NCBI GenBank assembly: GCA_965221695.1
Contig: OZ244905.1
Span: forward strand, 3,328,001-3,392,000
Source of the DNA: Gammaproteobacteria bacterium
GTDB lineage: Bacteria; Pseudomonadota; Gammaproteobacteria; Eutrophobiales; Eutrophobiaceae
Direction of reading: 5' to 3'
DNA length: 64,000 nucleotides
Positions within the stretch are counted from its first letter, which is position 1. Each line of letters starts with the position of its first letter. The translations under genes were made by a program, and so were the position numbers. Shown here piece after piece: positions 41,055-49,827 of this stretch. The notes under the pieces are model-generated. The model had not been told where the DNA came from, searched no databases, and was given only the letters and a program-made list of their open reading frames with translations.

Positions 41055-42496
41055 TGCCAGATAACGACATCACAAGACACAGCAGTCCCCTGGTGACAGA
41101 AACCGAGGTGCCGCTGCTGGAGAAGAGCATACTGATCATCGAGGATGAGTCGGTATTTGCCGGCGCGGTGCGCAAGCGATTGGCGCGCGCCGGGTACAAC
41201 GCCGAAGTCGCCGGCGACCTTGCGCAAGGCGCGGCAAAACTCAAGGAAACCACCCCGGACCTGTTGCTGCTGGACATGCGTCTGCCCGACGGTTCCGGCC
41301 TGGATTTTCTGTCCGGCTTGCAGGATAACGGCGAGAGCGCGTTTCCGGTACTGGTAATGTCCGCTTACGGCGAGATTGAAGACGCGGTGTCGGCGATGAA
41401 GTCGGGGGCGTCCGATTACCTGAAAAAACCGATCGACCTTGATGAACTGATAATTACCGTCGAGCGGGTCCTGGAACAGGCTGCGCTGTCCCGGAAGCTG
41501 ACCTATTCCAGCAAGCGCGAGCAACACTCCCATGAAGGTGTGGAATTCCTCGGCGAGAGTCCTGCGGTGACTGCCGTCAGGCAACAGATCGAACGCCTGC
41601 AACAGGTAACCGGCGCGGCGGTTCCGCCCACCATCCTGGTTCTGGGTGAGACCGGCGCCGGCAAGGACGTGGTAGCCCGGCTGCTGCATGCGAACAGCGC
41701 CCGCAGCGAACGCCCGTTCGTGCACGTGGATTGCGCAAGCCTGCCCAAGGACCTGATCGAGGCCGAGCTGTTTGGCCACGAGAAAGGCGCGTTCACCAGC
41801 GCGCACGCGGCCCGGACGGGCCTGATCGAGGCGGCGGAGGACGGGGTGTTGTTCATGGATGAAATCGGCGAATTACCGATGGATTTGCAGGCAAAATTAC
41901 TCGCGGTGCTAGAACGCAGAACCTTGAGGAAGGTCGGCGCCACCAAGGAACGCCCGGTGGCGGCCTGGATCATCGCGGCCACCAACCGGGATATCGCCGA
42001 CCTGGTGAACCGGGGCGAATTCCGTTCCGACCTGTATTACCGCCTGAACGTATTGTCGATTTCGCTGGCGCCGTTGCGCGATCGGGGCGATGATATAATC
42101 TTGCTGGCCAGGCATTTCATGGCCCAGAGCGCCAAACGCTACGGCATAAGCTCCCTGGGTCTTTCCGCGCAGGCCGTGCAAGCGCTCAAGGCATACCACT
42201 GGCCGGGCAACGTGCGTGAGTTGAAGCACATGATTGAACGGGCCGTATTACTGTCCGGAGAAGGCGAATTGTCTGCCGCCAGCCTGTCCTTGGCTGCCCC
42301 GGCACAGCCCGAGGTGGGGACGGACATCGGCAGCTCGCCCGTTGTCGAGGCTGATTTGACGCTGGATGACGCAGAGCTGCTGCTGATTAAAAATGCGCTG
42401 GATAAGTGTAACGGCAATGTGTCCAGGGCAGCCCGTGAACTGGGCATTACCCGCATGGCCCTGCGCTACCGGATTAAAAAACACAACCTTGATTGA
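41054..42496 (+). CDS. Sigma54-dependent response regulator (NtrC family)
   Basis: Receiver LLDMRLPD, GETGAGK, GAFTSA loop, WPGNVREL, Fis HTH. Confidence 0.95.
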   Translation: MPDNDITRHSSPLVTETEVPLLEKSILIIEDESVFAGAVRKRLARAGYNAEVAGDLAQGAAKLKETTPDLLLLDMRLPDGSGLDFLSGLQDNGESAFPVLVMSAYGEIEDAVSAMKSGASDYLKKPIDLDELIITVERVLEQAALSRKLTYSSKREQHSHEGVEFLGESPAVTAVRQQIERLQQVTGAAVPPTILVLGETGAGKDVVARLLHANSARSERPFVHVDCASLPKDLIEAELFGHEKGAFTSAHAARTGLIEAAEDGVLFMDEIGELPMDLQAKLLAVLERRTLRKVGATKERPVAAWIIAATNRDIADLVNRGEFRSDLYYRLNVLSISLAPLRDRGDDIILLARHFMAQSAKRYGISSLGLSAQAVQALKAYHWPGNVRELKHMIERAVLLSGEGELSAASLSLAAPAQPEVGTDIGSSPVVEADLTLDDAELLLIKNALDKCNGNVSRAARELGITRMALRYRIKKHNLD

Positions 42497-42698
42497 CGGG
42501 AGAGTGAGATGAACGAAGATACCAGACAAGCCATCGAAGCGGCCTCGTTCCGGCGCCTGGTCGGCTACCTGCGGGAACATAGCGAACGGATTAAACAACA
42601 CAACCTTGATTGACAGGAGAGTGAGATGAACGAAGATACCAGACAAGCCATCGAAGCAGCCTCGTTCCGGCGCCTGGTCGATTACCTGCGGGAACATA
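42470..42698 (+). repeat. Tandem duplication, period 117 bp
   Basis: 42470-42581 repeated at 42587-42698 with a few substitutions. Confidence 0.93.
42509..42613 (+). pseudogene. Chimeric 34-aa ORF created by the duplication
   Basis: MNEDTRQAIEAASFRRLVGYLREH-SE-RIKQHNLD*: DUF1244 N-terminus fused to the regulator C-terminus. Confidence 0.7.
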
Positions 42699-42928
42699 CT
42701 GAGGTGCAGAACATAGACCTGATGAACCTGGCCGGCTTTTGCCGCAACTGCCTGTCGAAATGGTACCGGGCAGCCGCCGAAGAGCGCGGCGTGGAACTGG
42801 ACTACGAGCAGGCCCGAGAAATCATCTACGGCATGCCCTACAGTGAATGGAAACACAAGCACCAGCAGGAAGCAACCCCGGAACAGGCGCAAGCCTATGC
42901 CGACCGACAAGCGCGGGAACAGGGATAA
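42626..42928 (+). CDS. DUF1244-family protein
   Basis: EAASFRRLV...VQNIDLMNLAGFCRNCLSKWY...YGMPYSEWK. Confidence 0.92.
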   Translation: MNEDTRQAIEAASFRRLVDYLREHTEVQNIDLMNLAGFCRNCLSKWYRAAAEERGVELDYEQAREIIYGMPYSEWKHKHQQEATPEQAQAYADRQAREQG

Positions 42929-43937
42929 ACCCAGCGCCATAGCCGCACTGGCGGGGACGCTGTGCCTGCTGTTCACCTGCTGGCAGGCTGCCACAGCAGG
43001 CACGCTGGAACAGGTGCGGGAACGCGGCAAGCTGCGTTGCGGCATTGTCGAGAGCAGCCCCGGTTTCAGCAGTATCGACGACTCCGGCCAGCGCGTCGGG
43101 TTTGACATCGACCATTGCAAGACCATATCGGCAGCGGTATTTGGCGATATCAGGATCGAATACGTACCGGTGACCCCGCATACGGTGTTTACCCTGCTGC
43201 AATCCGGCGAGATAGATATTTTCCCGGACGGCGCCACCTGGTCCTTCGTCCGCGACGTATCCCTGGGCCTGGATTACACCGGAGTCTACCTGTATGCCGG
43301 GCAGGGGTTCGTGGTGCGCCGGGATTCCGGGGTAAGGTCGATCAAAGACCTGGACGGCGCGACCATCTGTATCGCCCAGGGCACCACCCTGGAGCAGAAC
43401 ATCGCCGATTACTTTGCCGCACACGGCATGTCCTATACGCCCGTCACGTTCGCCGACATAGACAAGGGGTTGCAAGCCTATTACGCCGATCGTTGCGACA
43501 CATTCACCAATGAGCGCCTGTCCACGGCCGGGCGCATCGCCAACTGGCCGGATCGGGAAGACCACCTGATCCTGGACGAGGTGATCTCAAAAGAGCCTTT
43601 CGCCGCGCTGGTGCGCCAGGACGACCCGCGCTGGCGCGATATCGCGCTCTGGGCATTCAATGTCCGTTTTGCCGCCGAGGAACTGGGCATCAGCCAGGAC
43701 AATGTCGATGAGGTAAGGGAGAACTCGTCGAACGCGGAAATCCAGCGCCTGTTAGGCGCCCATGGCGGTTTCGGCGAAAAACTGGGCCTCTCCAACGACT
43801 GGGCATACCAGATCATCCGCCTGGTGGGGAACTACAACGATATGTGGGAACGAAACTTCAGCCCCCTGGGCGTAAAGAGAGGCCTGAACGCAAGCTGGAA
43901 GAACGGCGGCCTGCACTCCGCCTTGCCCTTCAGATGA
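42897..43937 (+). CDS. aapJ: General L-amino-acid ABC transporter binding protein (AapJ/BztA-like)
   Basis: TLEQVRERGKLRCG, GFDIDHC, ISKEP, IIRLVGNY; start uncertain. Confidence 0.88.
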   Translation: MPTDKRGNRDKPSAIAALAGTLCLLFTCWQAATAGTLEQVRERGKLRCGIVESSPGFSSIDDSGQRVGFDIDHCKTISAAVFGDIRIEYVPVTPHTVFTLLQSGEIDIFPDGATWSFVRDVSLGLDYTGVYLYAGQGFVVRRDSGVRSIKDLDGATICIAQGTTLEQNIADYFAAHGMSYTPVTFADIDKGLQAYYADRCDTFTNERLSTAGRIANWPDREDHLILDEVISKEPFAALVRQDDPRWRDIALWAFNVRFAAEELGISQDNVDEVRENSSNAEIQRLLGAHGGFGEKLGLSNDWAYQIIRLVGNYNDMWERNFSPLGVKRGLNASWKNGGLHSALPFR

Positions 43938-45103
43938 GAACAGGGGACAGTGTAATTAATCGGGATATTATTTATCAGGTCGTTCTGTTAATTGTCATCG
44001 CGGTCCTCATCTATCTGGTAGCGGTGACTACGCAGGCGAACCTGGCGCGTCTTGGTGTTGATTCCAGTATTGATTTCCTGTGGAAGCGGGCAGGCTTCGA
44101 GATCGGCCAGAAGCTGATTCCCTATGACGCCAATTCCACGATAGCCCGCGCGTTTGTAGTCGCGTTGCTCAATACCCTGCTGCTGGCCGCGGTCTCCATC
44201 GTGTGCGCCAGCATCCTGGGACTGTTCATCGGCATTGCCCGGCTCTCCCACAACTGGCTGGTATCCCGTCTTGCTCTTGTTTACATAGAAGTATTTCGTA
44301 ACATCCCCTCGCTGTTGCAGATATTCTTCTGGTATTTCGTTGTCCTGCGCACATTGCCGCGCAGTGGCGAGAGTATTGAATTCTTCGGCGCCATCTTCCT
44401 GAACAACCGCGGGTTGTTCGTGCCGTCGGTCAGTTTCGGGCAGGGCGCGTTCTGGATCGCCGCGGCGTTGCTGGCCGCCTGCGGCATGGTGTTTTGGCTG
44501 CGGCGGCAGGAACGGCGGCGTGCCGCCGGCCCCGGTCGGGTCCCTTCTGAATCCCGCAGTACCAATGCGCTTGCGTCCTGGAGCCTGTTGATCCTGGCAG
44601 GTATAGCCGGCGCCATCGTGTTGCTGGCCGGCGCCCAGGTCGAGATCCCGAGGGAAACCGCTTTCGGCTACCGCGGCGGTATCGTGATGATGCCGGAATT
44701 CCTGTCGCTGGTGGTGGGTCTGTCCATGTACAACGCAACCTATATCGGCGAAATTGTCCGTTCCGGTTTCGCGTCCATCCCGCGCGGCCAGGTCGAAGCA
44801 GCGGATTCGCTGGGCTTGCGGCGCTACCACACCATCCGCCTGGTGCTGTTCCCCCAGGCCCTGCGCGTGATCATACCGCCGCTTACAACCGTTTACCTGA
44901 ACCTGTTCAAAAGCACGTCCCTGGCCGCGGCCATCGCCTACCCCGAAGTAGTGTCGGTGTTTGTCGGCACCGTGAACAACCTGGTAGGGCAACCGCTGTT
45001 CATCATGGCGATTACCATGGCGGTGTATGCGTTTATCTCCCTGTGCATCGCGCTGTTCCTGAACTGGTACAACACAAGAATAGCGCTGACGGTGGCGCCA
45101 TGA
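43934..45103 (+). CDS. aapQ: Amino-acid ABC permease (AapQ-like)
   Basis: AGFEIGQ, RNIPSLLQ, GEIVRSG...GQVEAA, KSTSLA. Confidence 0.88.
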   Translation: MRTGDSVINRDIIYQVVLLIVIAVLIYLVAVTTQANLARLGVDSSIDFLWKRAGFEIGQKLIPYDANSTIARAFVVALLNTLLLAAVSIVCASILGLFIGIARLSHNWLVSRLALVYIEVFRNIPSLLQIFFWYFVVLRTLPRSGESIEFFGAIFLNNRGLFVPSVSFGQGAFWIAAALLAACGMVFWLRRQERRRAAGPGRVPSESRSTNALASWSLLILAGIAGAIVLLAGAQVEIPRETAFGYRGGIVMMPEFLSLVVGLSMYNATYIGEIVRSGFASIPRGQVEAADSLGLRRYHTIRLVLFPQALRVIIPPLTTVYLNLFKSTSLAAAIAYPEVVSVFVGTVNNLVGQPLFIMAITMAVYAFISLCIALFLNWYNTRIALTVAP

Positions 45104-46158
45104 GTAGCTGGCTACGTAACAACTTGTTTTCTTCGCCGTTGAATACGGCGCTGACCCTGGTCTGCGCCGGTTTGATCGTTATGGTCGGCGTTCCGCTGGT
45201 CAACTGGTTGATTATCGACGCCTACTGGACCGGTTCAACTCCGGCGGACTGTCCCGACAAAACTGCTGCGTGCTGGCCGTTTGTGCGGGCGCGCTTTGAC
45301 CAGTTCATGTATGGCCTGTACCCGCAGGCCGAACGCTGGCGCGTGAACCTGGGCCTGGTATTAATCTTCCTCACGGCCCTGCCGCTGTTCATTCCACGGT
45401 TCCCGGGCAAGCGCTGGGCGTTGGCGCTGCCGCTGATAGCCTGGCCGCTGATCGGGACATTCCTGTTCCTGGGCGGTCATGGCGGGCTGGTCTATGTTGA
45501 GACCGGCAGTTGGGGCGGGTTCTTCCTCACCGTGATCACCGCGCTATTCGTGTTGTCCACCTCGTTGCCGATTGCCGTGATGCTTGCCCTGGGCAGGCGC
45601 TCATCGATCCCGCTGATACGGGTCTGCTGTGCGACCTGGATCGAGTTGTGGCGCAGTGTGCCGGCCCTGGTAGTCCTGTTCGTCGCGATCATCATGTTCC
45701 CGCTGTTCATGCCGGAAGAAATAAAGATCGACAAGCTGTTGCGCGCGCTGGGCGCGCTCACTATCCTGATGTCCTGCTACATGGCCGAAGCCATCCGCGG
45801 CGCGCTGCAATCCATTCCCAGAGGGCAGTTCGAGGCCGCCGAGGCGCTGGGCATGGGTTACTGGCAGCGCATGTTCCTGGTGATCCTGCCGCAGGCCTTT
45901 CCCGTGGCCTTGCCGCAGATAACGAGCAACTTCATCGGCCTGTTCAAGGAAACCACGGTGCTGCTGATCATCGGCCTGTTCGACCTGCTGGGCATGGTGC
46001 AGAGCGCCGCTTCCGACCCGGCCTGGCTAAGCCCCGGCGTCAGCGCCACCGGTTACCTGTTCGCGGCCGTGTTTTTCTGGTCATTCGGCTTCGGCCTGTC
46101 CCGATACAGCGCCTGGCTCGAAAGGAAGGCATCCATCTACAAGGCGCGTGCAGGCTGA
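45100..46158 (+). CDS. aapM: Amino-acid ABC permease (AapM-like)
   Basis: WLRNNLFSS, YGLYP..ERWR, AEAIRGALQ..GQFEAA. Confidence 0.88.
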   Translation: MSSWLRNNLFSSPLNTALTLVCAGLIVMVGVPLVNWLIIDAYWTGSTPADCPDKTAACWPFVRARFDQFMYGLYPQAERWRVNLGLVLIFLTALPLFIPRFPGKRWALALPLIAWPLIGTFLFLGGHGGLVYVETGSWGGFFLTVITALFVLSTSLPIAVMLALGRRSSIPLIRVCCATWIELWRSVPALVVLFVAIIMFPLFMPEEIKIDKLLRALGALTILMSCYMAEAIRGALQSIPRGQFEAAEALGMGYWQRMFLVILPQAFPVALPQITSNFIGLFKETTVLLIIGLFDLLGMVQSAASDPAWLSPGVSATGYLFAAVFFWSFGFGLSRYSAWLERKASIYKARAG

Positions 46159-46197
46159 AGTCTTTGCGTTGATCGATAATCAGCTTTGTCCTTCCGA

Positions 46198-46252
46198 ATC
46201 ACCCGAAAAGGGTTATCTTCACCTCTGGCCGTTATCACCCATCGTGGGTAAT
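46198..46252. promoter_or_regulatory. Pair of palindromic operators upstream of the catabolic island
   Basis: ATCACCC-GAAAA-GGGTTAT (46198-46216) and ATCACCC-ATCGT-GGGTAAT (46234-46252). Confidence 0.6.
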
Positions 46253-46413
46253 TGTCATTCCCCACCCAAATCCGTATAAATCACAATAGATTTACAACAA
46301 TTGCGGCATTATTGACTATCTGACCCGGATATAGCGCCGCCCACTTGGAGCAAAACAACAATGGTTGCCTGTTCGTAGAGATATTTGGCAAAAAGTCGAA
46401 GGGGAGACCTACG

Positions 46414-47127
46414 ATGAAACATGAAATTCGGCTATGTGTGCCGATTACCACTGAAGGGTTGCGCCTGGAGGAAGACGTACAAGGTCATGGAGGCCATGAT
46501 ACCCTCATCAGTGTGCGTATACTAAAGGAAGGACCACCCTCGATAGAAAGCCATGTTGATGAATTGCTCGCCGTTCCCGATCTCATTCGCTTGGCCAGGG
46601 AAGCAGAGGAAGAAGGAGTCGATGCAGTCATCATAGATTGCATGGGTGACCCTGGCCTTAGCGCGGTCAGGGAGGCCGTTTCCATTTCTGTTTATGGTCC
46701 CGCACAGACATCCATGCATGTGGCTTCCATACTGGGTCGCCGATTCGGAGTCGTCACTGTTCTAAAACGCTTGCATCCACTGATACGCGAGCTGGCGGTG
46801 CATTATGGTGTTGAGCGTAGCATGGTCTCTCCCCGTTCAGTGGAGATTCCCGTTCTGGAAATCGAAAAGGAACCGGAACGCCTACAGCAATTGTTTATCA
46901 AGGAAGCAATAAAAGCGGTGGAGCAGGAAGATGCGGACGTTATCATCCTCGGCTGTACCGGATTTTATGGCATGACAGAGAAGATTGAAGCGGGGTTAAA
47001 GGATGCCGGTATTGAGGGTGTCCCCGTACTTGACCCCATACCGGTAACGATCGAATTCGCTGCTGCCATGTTGCATAGCAATCTCTCACATAGCAAGCGG
47101 GCATTCCCGATACCACGGGAGAAATAG
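46414..47127 (+). CDS. Asp/Glu/hydantoin racemase family protein
   Basis: GPPSIES, IIDCMGDPG and ILGCTG catalytic Cys pair; GGGGAG RBS before ATG 46414. Confidence 0.9.
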   Translation: MKHEIRLCVPITTEGLRLEEDVQGHGGHDTLISVRILKEGPPSIESHVDELLAVPDLIRLAREAEEEGVDAVIIDCMGDPGLSAVREAVSISVYGPAQTSMHVASILGRRFGVVTVLKRLHPLIRELAVHYGVERSMVSPRSVEIPVLEIEKEPERLQQLFIKEAIKAVEQEDADVIILGCTGFYGMTEKIEAGLKDAGIEGVPVLDPIPVTIEFAAAMLHSNLSHSKRAFPIPREK

Positions 47128-47132
47128 ACTAG

Positions 47133-48704
47133 ATGCGCATAGGCGTTGATGTTGGTGGTACTAATACTGATGCCGTGCTGATGAATGGCGCAGAAGTACT
47201 TGCCACCAACAAGTCACCTACTACCGAAGATATCAGCAGTGGCATAGTCGCGGCTATTCGTTCCTTGCTCGAAGGAAGTGAAATATCAGCCGCTGAAATT
47301 GAGCAGGTCATGATCGGGACTACTCATTTTACCAATGCTTTTGTTGAGTGTCGTGATCTGCGGGAAGTGGGGATACTCCGGCTGGGCCTCCCGGCAACAG
47401 CGGCCATTCCACCTCTGACGGACTGGCCGGACGATCTCGCAGACGCTATGGGGCGTCACATCTATCTGGTCGATGGCGGATATGAGTACGACGGTCGCGA
47501 AATTTCGTCGTTTAACGAAAAGCAGGTAATGAAGGCCGCCCGTGATTTGCGATCGAACTGTATTGAGGCTGTGGCTATCTCCTGCGTCTTCTCAACGGTA
47601 AACGGCGCCATGGAAGCACGAGCTGCCGAGATACTGCGCAATGAATTACCAGGTGCATTCATCGCCTGTTCCAGCGATATAGGTAGCACAGGACTTCTGG
47701 CGCGGGAAAATGCCACGATCATCAACTGTAGCCTTTCAACATTAGCTGGCCAAGTCATGGAGTCCTTCAGTGACGCACTGAACTGTCTCGGTATCCAAGC
47801 GCCCTTGTACATAAGCCAGAACGACGGCACGCTTATGAATGCTGATTTTGCCGCCCGTTTTCCAGTGTTGACCTTCGCTTCAGGCCCCACCAACAGCATG
47901 CGTGGGGCGGCCTATTTATCCGGTGAGAAGAATGCCATCGTGGTCGATATTGGTGGGACTACCTCGGATGTGGGCATGTTGACAAACGGCTTTCCGCGAC
48001 AGACCGCCTCTGAAGTCAGATTCAGCGGTGTGCGCACGAATTTTCGTATGCCGGACATCCTTTCCATCGGGTTGGGTGGGGGTAGTATCGTGCGCCTGAA
48101 TGATCCCGTGAGCATCGGTCCCGACTCAGTAGGATATGAGCTATTGCAGGAAGCGCTCATTTTTGATGGTTTCACGTTAACTGCTACCGATGTCTCCGTT
48201 GCATTGCACAAACTGGATATCGGTGACTCATCCAAGGTGGAGCATCTGGACAAAAAACTCTTGGGTGACTGTAGCGATATCATCCACGATTGTCTGGACA
48301 CAGCCATTGATCGTATTAAGGCCAATGCGGAAGCGTTGCCCGTCGTACTGGTGGGCGGTGGTAGCATCCTTGTTCAGCGTTCGCTTGCACGGGCCTCCAT
48401 GATGATCACACCAGACCATTTCGAAGTGGCCAATGCTATCGGCGCCTCCATCGCCCAGATAAGTGGCGACGTCGACAATGTCTACACATATGAATCAATT
48501 AATCGCGAACAGGCGCTTGAGGCGGCAAAGGCCGAGGCAACCCGGAACGCTATTAATGCCGGCGCTGAGGAGGAGAGTATAGAAATCGTGATGTTGGAAG
48601 AGATCCCTCTTGCCTATATGCCGGGTGGAGCGGTGAGGGTGCAGGTGAAAGCAGTCGGCGAATTAGCGAATTCCGTTACAGAGGATTCAGGAAATGGAAA
48701 TTAA
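47133..48704 (+). CDS. Hydantoinase A/oxoprolinase family protein
   Basis: IGVDVGGTNTDA, GTTHFTNA, SGPTNS, VDIGGTTSD. Confidence 0.92.
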   Translation: MRIGVDVGGTNTDAVLMNGAEVLATNKSPTTEDISSGIVAAIRSLLEGSEISAAEIEQVMIGTTHFTNAFVECRDLREVGILRLGLPATAAIPPLTDWPDDLADAMGRHIYLVDGGYEYDGREISSFNEKQVMKAARDLRSNCIEAVAISCVFSTVNGAMEARAAEILRNELPGAFIACSSDIGSTGLLARENATIINCSLSTLAGQVMESFSDALNCLGIQAPLYISQNDGTLMNADFAARFPVLTFASGPTNSMRGAAYLSGEKNAIVVDIGGTTSDVGMLTNGFPRQTASEVRFSGVRTNFRMPDILSIGLGGGSIVRLNDPVSIGPDSVGYELLQEALIFDGFTLTATDVSVALHKLDIGDSSKVEHLDKKLLGDCSDIIHDCLDTAIDRIKANAEALPVVLVGGGSILVQRSLARASMMITPDHFEVANAIGASIAQISGDVDNVYTYESINREQALEAAKAEATRNAINAGAEEESIEIVMLEEIPLAYMPGGAVRVQVKAVGELANSVTEDSGNGN

Positions 48705-49803
48705 GTCATCGGATATTGAAAACCTTGCGCGGGGCGCTGCCTTCCTCGGTTCCGGCGGCGGGGGAGATCCCTATATCGGCGGCTTGTTGCTGGAAAAGGC
48801 CATCGAAGTTGGACAACCACCGACAATTATTTCAATCGACGATATCGGTGATGATGCTGTGGTAGTACCAATTGCCATGATGGGGGCGCCGACGGTCATG
48901 CTGGAGAAACTACCTAATGGCGCTGAGCCCGAAAAGGTCTTGCGCCGTTTTGAAGAACGTCTGGGCAAACGGGCAACCGCTCTGGTAGCAGCCGAAATTG
49001 GTGGTTTGAATGCGCTTCTTCCGCTTATCGCCGCTGCCCGTCTCGGACTTCCCGTCGTCGACGGTGACGGTATGGGCCGCGCTTTCCCTGAATTGCAGAT
49101 GGTTACTTTTAACATTTTCGGTGTGCCCATCACGCCTATGATTATGACGGACGAGCATGGTAATACCGTAGCCGTGGACTGTGCCAAGGGTGAAGATGCT
49201 GAACGCATTGCCAGGCATATAGTAATTTCCATGGGTGGGGCAAGCCACATCTGCCTTTATTCCATGACTGGCCGACAAGCGAAGGATAGTATCGTCAGAG
49301 ATACACTAAGTTTGGCCTTAGGGATAGGCGAGAGTATAAGTTCAGCCCGTACCTCGTCTACTGACCCTGTCAATTCCCTGATCGATTACTTGCGTTCAAC
49401 GACCTATTACAAAAACTGTGGTGAAGTTTTCAACGGCAAGATCGTCGATCTGCTCAGGGAAACCAGGCGCGGCTTCGCTATCGGTCGGGTCATCATAGAA
49501 AGTGTCAATCGATCATCAGACTATTTGGAAATCGAATTCCAGAATGAAAACCTGATTGCCAGGATAAGTGGCGAGACCCGGGTTATCGTGCCGGACCTTA
49601 TTTGTATTGTTGAACAGGACACCGCGGAACCCATAACCACCGAATCCCTACGCTACGGGCAGCGAGTCAGGGTTATTGGTGTGGGCGCCGCGCCCATTAT
49701 GCGTACCGATGCAGCGCTCCATATATTCGGACCTGATAAGTTCGGCTACGACGAACCGTTCATACCGGTGGAGGATTTAAATGATTTTCATACTGATTTA
49801 TAA
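48694..49803 (+). CDS. DUF917-family protein (thiohydantoin desulfurase-like)
   Basis: GSGGGGDP, MGAPTV, EIGGLN, DGDGMGRAFPE, QNEN, PDLI. Confidence 0.9.
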   Translation: MEIKSSDIENLARGAAFLGSGGGGDPYIGGLLLEKAIEVGQPPTIISIDDIGDDAVVVPIAMMGAPTVMLEKLPNGAEPEKVLRRFEERLGKRATALVAAEIGGLNALLPLIAAARLGLPVVDGDGMGRAFPELQMVTFNIFGVPITPMIMTDEHGNTVAVDCAKGEDAERIARHIVISMGGASHICLYSMTGRQAKDSIVRDTLSLALGIGESISSARTSSTDPVNSLIDYLRSTTYYKNCGEVFNGKIVDLLRETRRGFAIGRVIIESVNRSSDYLEIEFQNENLIARISGETRVIVPDLICIVEQDTAEPITTESLRYGQRVRVIGVGAAPIMRTDAALHIFGPDKFGYDEPFIPVEDLNDFHTDL

Positions 49804-49827
49804 CAAACAATTTAACGGGGTTAACTT

